This document shows positions 11,426 to 22,283 of a DNA stretch of 64,000 bases, piece after piece. Numbering within the stretch: the first letter of the stretch is position 1; each line of letters opens with the position of its first letter. The stretch spans positions 15,624,001-15,688,000 of the forward strand of contig OX597817.1 in assembly GCA_951406725.2 (NCBI GenBank), read 5' to 3'. The notes under the pieces are model-generated. The model worked only from the letters and a program-made list of their open reading frames with translations. It was not told the DNA's origin and searched no databases. This DNA comes from Octopus vulgaris. Its lineage: Eukaryota. Both the position numbers and the translations under genes were made by a program.

Positions 11426-12104
11426 ATGTGTGTGTGTGCTTGTGTGTATATATTTCGCCCATTTATGTACAAATCTGTTGAAATCTGAGATTCAATATTG
11501 TAAGTATTGATTATTATCGATGTTTAGCTTAAATAAACCGCCCTTGTCCATATGTCTACATTAAAGTAGATTCCAATTAAACTATGCAAGTATCAACTGC
11601 TGTTGCTTTATTGAATAAGTGTTTCCTCCGTCAGTATTTTAGAAACTACTGGAAATTTTGATAAATCGCAACGTTGCCGAGTAATGCCCTTATCGTTGCT
11701 TTGGGTGTGTCCTTTCTGCAATCAGCTTTTCAAACTATGCTACTGACCGCCAAAAACAACCATTATTTAGAATCTCTAACGAGGTAACCGTTGTGTGCAG
11801 AACTCACGATACTTAAGACTCCTCTTGTTCTCCAGAAACTAGGTAATGTATTGCACGTTTTATTGCTTATTGCTTTAATATAAAACTTAGGAAGGAATTA
11901 TATTTGACAAAAAGTGGCTCAAAGAGTAACGTGAGATTGTCATGTTGTTCGATTGTTTCAAACGCAATTTAAATTTTACCAACTACACCTTATTTGGTTT
12001 TATGTATGCAACACTAACGTATCTCCCTTACGGGGTAAAACATCGTATATATGTATGTATCTATGTATGTATGTATGCATGCATGTATGTGTGTATGTAT
12101 ATAT

Positions 12105-12270
12105 ATTCCGTTCTATTATTAATTATTTTAACTCTTCCAGTAAGGAAAGAACTAGTTTCCCACAAAAAATACATAGCTCCATCGTTGAAATTAGATAATT
12201 AAAATAAATTCACATTTTGAACTTGAGAATGGTCTTGCATACTTTTACTGTTCCATTTATAGAATGTATT
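12105..12270 (-). mobile_element. 3' end of an RLE non-LTR element with (CATA)n tail
   Basis: INGTVKVCKTILKFKM* plus 3' UTR running into (TACA)n; UTR duplicated at ~14672-14765. Confidence 0.6.
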
Positions 12271-12496
12271 TGTAATGTACGTGTTAGCTGAATGATTTGA
12301 TTGTCATGGTGTTCGGTTGTTTCATACGCAAGTTAAATTTTACCAACTACACCTTATTCAGTTTTATGTATACAACACTAACGTATCTCCCTTACGGGGT
12401 AAAACATCGTATGTATGTATGTATGTATGTATGTATGTATGTATGTATGTATGTATGTATGTATGTATGTATGTATGTATGTATGTATGTATGTAT

Positions 12497-12876
12497 GAGG
12501 AGGCGCAATGGCCCAGTGGTTAGGGCAGCGGACTCGCGGTCGTAGGATCGCGGTTTCGATTCCCAGACCGGGCGTTGTGAGTGTTTATTGAGCGAAAACA
12601 CCTAAAGCTCCACGAGGCTCCGGCAGGGATGCTGGTGATCCCTGCTGTACTCTTTCACCACAACTTTCTCTCACTCTTACTTCCTGTTTCTGTTGTACCT
12701 GTATTTCAAAGGGCCGGCCTTGTCACTCTCTATGTCACGCTGAATATCCCCGAGAACTACGTTAAGGGTACACGCGTCTGTGGAGTGCTCAGACACTTAC
12801 ACGTTAATTTCACGAGCAGGCTGTTCCGTTGATTCGGATCAACCGGAACCCTCGTCGTCGTAGCCGACGGAGTGCT
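12497..12876 (+). mobile_element. SINE family T
   Basis: Near-identical to 2537-2915; sits in (TATG)n. Confidence 0.9.
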
Positions 12877-12920
12877 AAAAAAAATTTTTTTAAATGTATG
12901 TATGTATGTATGTATGTATG

Positions 12921-13670
12921 TGTGCGCAAATTTGTATGTTTTACGTATGTATTCTCATGCATATAGCTGCACATCTAGACATGCTCATATATATTTAAAT
13001 GATAAACTTCTGGAAAGTTTTACAGATTTTTACAGTTCCAATGATGGATTGGATCTGTAGTCTTCGAATTTTCTTTCTCGTTTCTGGTTCTGAGAATCCT
13101 AATTTCTCAAAATTGCTATTTAGGCAGTGTGTTACATATCTCAGGGTCCCAATAATTACAGGTATAAACCTGAACTTGTAATCTGGATAGAGTAACTACA
13201 AATTTCTCAATAGTTCAGTATAAGTGTTCTCTTTTTCACAGATCTTCAGCTTTATGTTAACATCCGCTGGGCAGCTAATTTCCACAACTGTGCACAGTTT
13301 CTCTTCTCTATCCCAAATCATTATATCAGGTGTGTTGTGCTTACATATTATTGAGGTCTTCACTGGTACATAATACGTGGATTCTAACGTATTATGGGTT
13401 TTTATTTCTTTTTCCTCGGGATTATCCTTCCGACGGATTTCATTATAGAGTGTCCTAGCTACAACGTCGTCTCCTCGGTAGATAATACCGTGATGACATT
13501 TTCGTATAACTGCTTATGATGTGGGTTATATCCCCAGTGATAAACTGCCTTGATGATCGATGTTACTATCATCACGGACCTTTCTACTAACATATCCATG
13601 CATAGTCTTCTGCTCATATAGGCTCATCCTTTCATCTGATGATACGTTGCGGCAGAGTCGTGCGACTTCT
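12921..13670 (-). mobile_element. 5'-truncated RLE (R4-like) retrotransposon
   Basis: PDIMIWDREEKLCTVVEISCPADVNIKLK..FIPVIIGTL..GTVKICKTFQKFII*; flanked on both sides by (TATG)n. Confidence 0.8.
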
Positions 13671-13671
13671 G

Positions 13672-14600
13672 TGTATGTATGTATGTATGTATGTATGTAT
13701 GTATGTATGTATGTATGTATGTATGTATGTATGTATGTATGTATGTATGTATGTATGTATGTATGTATTTATGTATGTATGTATGTATGTATGTATGTAT
13801 GTATGTATGTATGTATGTATGTATGTATGTATGTATGCATGTATGTATGTATGCATGCATGTATGTATGTATGTATGTATGTATGTATGTATGTATGTAT
13901 GTATGTATGTATGTATGTATGTATGTATGTATGTATGCATGCATGCATGTATGTATGTATGTATGTATGTATGTATGTATGTATGTATGTATGTATTTGT
14001 GTATGTATGTATGTATGTATGTATGTATGTATGTATGTATGTATTTATGTATGTATGTATGTATGTATGTATGTATGTATGTATTTATGTATGTATGTAT
14101 GTATGTATGTATGTATGTATGTATGTATGTATGTATGTATGTATGTATGTATGTATGTATGTATGTATGTATGTATGTATGTATGTATGTATGTATGTAT
14201 GTATGTATTTATGTATGTATGTATGTATGTATGTATGTATGTATGTATGTATGTATGCATGCATGTATGTATGTATTTATGTATGTATGTATGTATGTAT
14301 GTATGTATGTATGTATGCATGCATGCATGCATATGTATGTATGTATGTATGTATGCATGCATGTATGTATGTATGTATTTATGTATGTATGTATGTATGT
14401 ATGTATGTATGTATGCATTATGTATGTATGTATGCATGTATGCATGCATGTATGTATGTATGTATTTATGTATGTATGTATGTATGCATGTATGTATGCA
14501 TGCATGTATGTATGTATTTATGTATGTATGTATGTATGCATACATGCATGTATGTATGTATTTATGCATGTATGTATGTATGCATGCATGCATGCATGCA

Positions 14601-14631
<31 letters not shown>

Positions 14632-14670
14632 TGTATGTATGTATGTATGTATGTATGTATGTATGTATGT
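13672..14670. repeat. (TATG)n microsatellite, ~1 kb
   Basis: Seen directly. Confidence 0.98.
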
Positions 14671-14994
14671 ATATCCTGTTCTATTTTTAATTATTTCAAC
14701 TCTTCCGGTAAGGAAGGAACTGGGTTCTAACAAAAATACATATCCTAATCATTGAAATTAGATATAGAATGTATTTGTAATGTACGTGTTAGCTGATTGA
14801 TTTCATTTTCTGAAAACCCTTGCTTATCGAGATTGTCACTTAGGCATCAAGTGTATCGATTATTATCAAATGGGAAAATGCGAGCAAGAGAAATAATATT
14901 CTTAAGATTATAAACCTGGAAAATTACAGGACAAGTTATTACACTTGGAAAAGAGTTCAGGACAGCTTATTACATCTGGTTAAGTACAGAACAA

Positions 14995-17900
14995 GGAAAT
15001 CTTGTCACCGGGGCATGTTATGTCGATAATCATACAATGTTCGGTTTCCTATGTCTGGTAAGGGGATTGCACTAGATCTTTACATCCAACAGGATTTTGC
15101 AGTTCTCATTTTCAGTGACTCCTGGGGTTTGTTCATACCGCGTCTTTGTTCTTTGTAGGCCGTGATTTCCACAGAGCACCCAATGGATCGTTCTTGTTAC
15201 ATCGTTTGTATTCGCGTTGACGAAATTTCGAGCATTCGCTAACGATGTGCCATACCGTTTCACCCCTTCTCGCCACACATTCTGCATTTGTCGCTATCGG
15301 TAGTGTTGTCAATTTTGCACTTTTTGTAATTGGTCCTTAACGTTTGTTTCTGCGCTGCGCTGCGCATATCAGTGCTTCTGTCTCTATCTTCAGGTCATTT
15401 CTCCTCATTCATAGCCACCGGTATGTATCTGTCCTCTGTATCCGTCTTGACATCCACATCTCTTGCAAACTGACCTCACATTTTTTTTCCTTCCATGCGT
15501 TTTCTTTTGTTTCTTTTTTTTGTTCACTTGTTAAAATTTTTCTTTAGTTACACAATTTTCAGTTTTTATGGCGCCGGCCTTTGTGCGTTTCAACAGTGGC
15601 ACCACGGCATTTCTTGTATACCATCCTAGGCTGTTTTCTTCTGCCTCGATACAGTCCTGGCAACAGATTAAACCTCTATCACCATTTCTTCTGGAAAAGT
15701 ACAGCCTATCGGTGTCACTGTTAGAATGGAAGGCTCCATGTACTGTCAACATTTTTCTGGTCTTGGTATCCATTTTCTTCATTTCTCTCTTTGGCCATTT
15801 TATAATTCCCGCTCCGTACCGCAGTGATGCTATCGCCCACGTATTAACTGCTTGGATTTTATTCCATCCAGTCAATTTTGAGCGCAGCACCAACCGCAGT
15901 CTTCGGGAATACTCCATCCACAGTTGCTCTTTCATTTCCTTTTCCATTATCTCATTGCACTCGAGTTCATCAAGGTATTTTTGTTCTTCTGTTTCAATTT
16001 GTTTAATCAAGTCTCTTTTCGGTAATTCCATCCCTGCTATGGACTGTACCTTGTCTCTCTTTAGGCAGATTACTCCGCACTTCTTGAGTCCAAATTCCAT
16101 TCTAACATCGGTACTAAAACAGTGGACCGCGTTCACCAAGTTCTCTCACTTGAGTCTCATCTTTGGCATACAGTTCCAAATCATCCAGAAAGAGGAGGTG
16201 GTTGATTGTTTGGGATTTTTCTTTGGTTGGTACCCTAAGATCATTTTCCTGAGTACCAAGGTCAGGGGTATCAGCAGAGAACAAGAAGCAACGGAGATAG
16301 GCTGTCACCCTGGAAAATCCCTCTTCTGATCCCCAAGGTGCCCAAGCTTTTCCCGCAAGATGTCTGTTCAGTTTTACACCCTACCATACTTCACTTCAGG
16401 AACCACGTTACATTCATCGCAATTCCAGACAGATCTAAGCACTCGATGGTCCACGAATGTGGAATCATATAAGCTTTGCGATAGTCAATCCAGACCGTTC
16501 CCAGATTTGTTCTTCTTCGTTTACAATCTTGCATTGGTATTTTGTCTATCAATAGTTGATCTTTGGTACCTCTGCATCTCCTTCTACAACCGTTTTGTTC
16601 TCATCAAGAAATTTATACAATTCTTCTGCAATTCCTCCTGACAGTAACTTCCACATTTGCGGGAGTCAGGAAATTGGCCTGTAACTGTCCGCAACGTTTC
16701 CCTTTGATACATCCTTCAGGGACAACACCGTTCATCCTTTTGTCAACTAGCTCGGGATTTCATCTTCATTGATCATTGCATTAAATTGTTCTGCGATCGA
16801 TTTATGGCAACTACTGAACTTGTTTATACACCATCAGGTCCTGCTGCTTTCCAATCGCTTATCTTTTTACTGATATTTCTGATACTGTCTTTTGTAAAAT
16901 GAGTTGCTTCCTGCTGGAGATAAGCAGCTGTTTGCTTCAGGCATTATGTTGTTCTTGCTCATTAATCTCTTGATAAAATCTTTTTGGTCGGTTCTAAACG
17001 ATTTGTTTTGCCGGTATTGCTTAATCTGTTGTTCAAACCAAGTTAGCTTTGCTTTTTTTCACAAGTATGCACTGCTTCAGTTCTTCAATCACAACATTCA
17101 GGCCTTTTGTATCTACACCATACTTCTTCCTAACTTTTTCGAATTTCCATTCATTCTTAAGTTCTCCACTTCTTTTCCTAACAAGTATTGATACTACACT
17201 GTTCAAGGAGTTTATATCTTCAAAAATTCTCTTTTTCCACCACGGTTGTTTATTTCCTCTTCTATCCACCGCTGTTCTGTTCTCAGTAGTTCTCAGTTCT
17301 ATCCTTTCCGCCACAATCCCACTAGCAGCCTTGATAAGATTATTTACTTGTGTGGTGTTCTTTGTTTCAATGTGTCTTAGGACAATATTCACTTTATTTG
17401 TCTCTTGGTTTAGTCTCCATTGGTTAGCCTTCTTAAAGTCGCACACAAATTCTGTCCCTTCCGTATTCAATAGATCCAAAATTCTATTGTTAATCGATCT
17501 TCATTATTTGAGTAGTCACTGATCTCAGTTCTTTCACAATTCACGGTATTATATTCTTGCGAACAATTGTCCATCTCTTCCACTATACTACTTTCATTTC
17601 TCCCATGCCCAACCTCACCCGATATCCTTCTTTTAATAGATTCCAGCTCCAATTCTTTTAACCATCCATTCTTTCGTATGGCTCTCCCTTGGTCACATAA
17701 TTTCTGTTCAGCAATTTCGAACAGTTCCATTACCTTCCATTCACTGTGCATTCGTCTTCTGTACCCTCTGACAAGTACGTCATTCGCATCCACTGGGATG
17801 CTCCGGTAGTAATACTCCACAACCATCATATTTACTTGTTTACTCCACCTATGTCTTGTAGCATGGCTAGCAGTTGCTGGATTACGACCGGACCCACCCT

Positions 17901-18695
17901 GCTGCACAGTAGGGAACCTGCCGAGTGCGGTACCTTCAACATTGATTCCAGTCCCGTTCACACTGTTATTGTCATTTATTTTGTTTGACATTTTCACTCA
18001 CAAATGAAGTGCGTATTTAGGTTACTACCAATCGGTATTTTTATCGAGACACCATTTCTATCAAGGTAGGTCGCCAAGGTGGTAGGCTTCTTGCTTCCCT
18101 GGATTTGAAATCAGAGTGTTCATTTCTTAGGCTGCTTGCAACCCAAGGTTAACGAGTACAGCCTACTCGTAGCACTGGTTATTTGAAGGCGCCAGATACT
18201 CGCCTTTTCTCACACTTCTGTTGTTTTGGCGAAGTCAACTAAGACTGCAGAGCACTTACTACCCATAAATTGGGCCTGTTCCCTTCGCATTTGTGTGTGT
18301 TGGGGACCATGATCCTGATTCTCACTAGAAGATTGGTCTCGTATCTCCATCCAAATATTTCTCCGGAGTTAAGTACCGATTCGTGGGTCATTCGCCTTCA
18401 TCCCAGGCATGGAGCTATTGGACACTGATAGGTTGTCACCACTGTGACTAAGGAGTTCTGTCTACCCTAGTTTTTAAATCAGAGTGTTTCTTCTCCTAGA
18501 CAGACTGCCAACCAAGGCTCACGAGTTCTGTCTACCCGTTTTCGGTATGGCCATTGACGTTTTACGTTCCTCTGCCCTTTGCTGGGTTTTGTTTTCAATC
18601 CAGCAGGGTGTCGAAAATCCACCCCACTCACCAAGCAAGCTTAGTGGGGTTGCTGGCTTAGTCGCCGACGACTACACGGTTTCACAACGCCACTT
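14995..18695 (-). mobile_element. near full-length degenerate R4/Dong-clade retrotransposon
   Basis: N-terminal [23 protein letters not shown] domain (ORF from 17997), RT (NHLLFLDDLELY, EFGLKKC), IHWVLC and PNIV/RLE remnants; ~700-bp 5' UTR. Confidence 0.9.
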
Positions 18696-18833
18696 GTTAA
18701 TCATTCTAGGTAATTCTTGTTCTCTATTACAATTTCACTATTACTGCTATAATCCCTATCTTATTATTTCCTAGTTCGCTACTATAGTTTCACAATTATT
18801 ACTATAATTATATTCTTACTGTGGTGTTGGCAG

Positions 18834-19068
18834 TCGGTGTTATGGGACGTGATGAGCTATGTGGTGCTGGTGGAGAGGATGACAGATGAGGTGGGCGGAA
18901 GTAGGGCTTGCAGGGGCCGGCGGAAGACTGCAGGGTGCATGCGTGGCAGGAAGCGAAAGCGGTCAAGCAGGACGCACGTATGGTCATCGACGAAGCGGGC
19001 CAGTTCCAGCATAGACGGCAAAGCGACAGGACGTATCGAATTCGTGAGAGACTGTTGCTTTCGCCGAG
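18834..19068 (+). other. candidate host exon (GC-rich open frame, strong donor)
   Basis: GC/CpG-rich, not repeated in window, one open frame, donor GAG|GTAAGA; weak acceptor; product unrecognised. Confidence 0.3.
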
Positions 19069-19394
19069 GTAAGACCTTTTGTATTTCTTTCTCCCGTTGC
19101 TTCTTTTTCTGTTGTCCTCTTCATCCATCACACTACAATTACTATAAGGTCCTGATATCTTAAGACAACAAATGATGGCTGATTTACGACTGTTGGTTTA
19201 GCTGCTGCTGATGCTGCGGCGTTAAATAAAGGAGCAGGCTTGTGCCTACTAATACAAACTGTTTGATTTGATCCCCAGTTGATATGGCTGGCAGTTGATT
19301 AAAGGTAGGTGGAAGGGGGTTTTTGGGAGTAGCGTCGGCAAGTTGTGACTACCATAGCTAAGATATCGAAGTTTATAAACATTTCACAGTTTAT

Positions 19395-19429
19395 CATCAT
19401 TATCATCATCATTATTATTGTTGTTGTTG

Positions 19430-19510
<81 letters not shown>
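19395..19510. repeat. (TTA)n microsatellite
   Basis: Seen directly; forms the tail of the adjacent R4 element. Confidence 0.95.
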
Positions 19511-19511
<1 letters not shown>

Positions 19512-19516
19512 TTATT

Positions 19517-21275
19517 TTTTTAATATCGTGCTTTCACCCCACTACCGAGCGCAGCTCTGTGCGCCTTGGGTATGTGCTGTGTTTTGTTGCGATGCTCTGA
19601 TGGTTACTGTATTGAAAGTGTTTTGCGTAGGATGTGGGCAGTGCCTAGTAGTGCAATTTTCTGTATGTTATATGTGTTTGTAAGTCCTGGTGTTTTTGTT
19701 ATGTATTTGTCTGAATATTTTTTTTATCATGCCTAATGCACCTACTATGATAGGAATTGTTTCTGTTTTCAGATTCCACATTCTGGTTACCTCTATTTCC
19801 AGGTCTTTGTATTTTGAAAGTTTCTCCATTTCTTTTAGAGACACGTTGTCATCCGCTGGTATTGATACATCAATTAGAAAACATATTTTTTCTTCATGAT
19901 CTCTGACAACTATATCTGGTTTGTTGGCCTTAATTTCTCTATCTGTGTGTATTGGCATATCCCAGAGTATGTTTGCTTTCTCGTTTTCTGTGACCTTTTC
20001 TCGGGTGTGCCTATACCATCTTTTTTCTGTTGTTATTCCATAATGTTGGCATAGCTTCCAGTGTATGAAGGTCCAAACTCTGTCGTGTCTGTGAATATAT
20101 TCCTTCTTAGCCAGGACTGGGCAGCCAGAAATAATATGATTTATTGTTTCTTCTCCATCTCCACATATTCTGCAGTTACTTGTTATATTTCTTTTCATTA
20201 TATGTTTTTGGTAATTTCTGGAGGGGAGGATTTGGTCTTGTGCTGCAATTAAAAATCCCTCTGTCTCTGCTTTGAGTCCTGAGCTTCTCAACCATTGCTG
20301 GGATTTTTCTTTGTCTATTTCTTTTAGTCCAGTATTTGCCATGAAGGGTCTTTTCTTGCCATCGTTTTATCATGGCCCGTTGCTGTTCTAGTTTTAGTTT
20401 GGATTTCATTTGTTCTATAGCTTTTGTTCCTTCTTCTTCTTCTTCTTCTTCTTCTTCTTCTTCTTCTTCTTCTTCTTCTTCTTCTTCTTCTTCTTCTTCT
20501 TCTTCTTCTTCTTCTTCTTCTTCTTCTTCTTCTTCTTCTTCTTCTTCTTCTTCTTCTTCTTCTTCTTCTTCATATTTGTTAGGTGGTATGATTTCTTGTT
20601 TGTATTTATCAGCTTCCTTAAATACTGCTGAGTTTTTTGTTTTGCTCGTGTTTTGCGGCTATTTGTATCAGTTTTCCTTCCTTCTGAAGTAGATATTTTT
20701 GCAGTCCTATGGTGGTTACTTTATAATAGTTTTCCAGCTGTATAAGGCCTCTACCACCTTCTATACGTTGTATATATAACCTTTCTATGTCAGCTTTTGG
20801 GTGATGCGTCCTATATCCTGTCATTATTTTTCTTGTTTTCCTATCTATTTTGATTAGTTCATTTAGTGTGCAGTTAAGGATATTGTAGCTGTAACTTATA
20901 ACTGGGACGGCTAAAGTGTTAATACCTATTATCTTGTTTTTATCATTGAGCTCTGTTTTTAGTATTGATCTAACTCGTCTATAATATTCTTTTTTATTTT
21001 CTCTTTCATTTGTGTGTGTTGTGTCTTAGCTAGTTCATGGATTCTTAAATATTTGTAAGTTTGGCTTTGGTCTAATTCTCTTATTTCATTGGTTTTATTT
21101 AGTGTGATGTTGCTACTCTTAACTAGTTTTCCTCTTTTCAGGGTTACTTTGGCGCATTTTTCTAATCCAAATTTCATATCTATTTCTTTGGTAAATTCAT
21201 GAACTGTCTTTAGTAGTGTTTCCAGCTGTTTGTCATTTGTAGCGTACAGTTTTAGGTCATCCATATATAAAAGGT
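19517..21275 (-). mobile_element. 5'-truncated R4/Dong retrotransposon
   Basis: YMDDLKLY RT motif, CRICG..ETINHIISGC zinc knuckle, RHD, KPDIVV..LIDVSIP..KLSKY RLE. Confidence 0.92.
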
Positions 21276-21282
21276 CGGTATC

Positions 21283-21435
21283 GCAGTGGGGTCGATATCA
21301 TCGACTTAATCCGTTTGTCTATCCTTGTTTTCCTCTGTGTTTAGCCCCTTGTGGGTAGTAAAGAAACAGGTATTTCGTCTGCCGCTACGTTCTGAGTCCA
21401 AACTCCGCCGACGTAGACTTTGCCTTTCATCATTT
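21283..21435 (+). mobile_element. SINE family M fragment
   Basis: Matches 3' half of 10865-11235. Confidence 0.8.
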
Positions 21436-21436
21436 T

Positions 21437-22121
21437 CTGAGGAAGTTGGTTGATGCCACCGGTTCTTACGTTAAAATATGAAGATTTACTTTCATTTTCC
21501 TATGTAATAAACAATATGTATCATTTGTTTCAATAAATTTGTAAAAGGAATATGGATTTTATTACCAATTTTTAATGCCTCTTTCGTTTTTCAACTTTAC
21601 AAGCATGCAATCTGGGCTAATGCATATAGAGGAAGGTGTTTTTTGTAATGGTGTTGAATATTTCCGATTTAATTTCGAATTTCGAATTCAAAAAAAAGAT
21701 CGCCTCCCGAGACTATTAAACGGAAGGTCGTGATTAGTCAAATTGTGTCGATCACGCGCCCAATATTCTGTGTTTAGCCCCTTGTGGGTAGTAAAGAAAC
21801 AGGTATTTCGTCTGCCGTTACGTTCTGAGTCCAAACTCCGCCGACGTCGACTTTGCCTTTCATCATTTCGAGGTCGATTAAGCCCTTTGTCTATTCTCGT
21901 TTGTCCGCTCGACGTTTAACCCCCTGTAGGCAACGTTAGAAATAAATATTCTAACGAATCAGGACATCAAACGATTGCTGAACATTCCCGTTACAAGTCA
22001 TTATACACCATTTAAAATGTTTTAAATCCCTCTACACACCACTTAAAAATCATTTAAATATATTTACCCAGTAAATATATTTTATCGATGTCTTTAAACT
22101 TTGTGTGTGTCTGTGTGTGTA

Positions 22122-22161
<40 letters not shown>

Positions 22162-22283
22162 TGTGTATTTCGCCCATTTATGTACAAATCTGTAGAAATC
22201 TGAGATTCAATATAGTAAGTATTGATCATTATCGATGTTTAGCTTAAATAAACCGCCCTTGTCCATATGTTTACATTAAAGTA
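21437..22283 (+). repeat. dispersed duplicate of 10326-11567 with internal deletions
   Basis: Collinear near-identity across Tc1 end, SINE piece, unique flank and (TG)n. Confidence 0.9.

Noticed and set aside
13560-14755. Long ORFs (MYVC/HTYI repeats); likewise 46261-47527 and poly-I/N/Y ORFs
   Set aside because: Translations of stop-free microsatellites.
15568-16329. 253-aa plus-strand ORF (and similar ones at 17049, 23075, 53228)
   Set aside because: Antisense shadows of LINE coding sequence.
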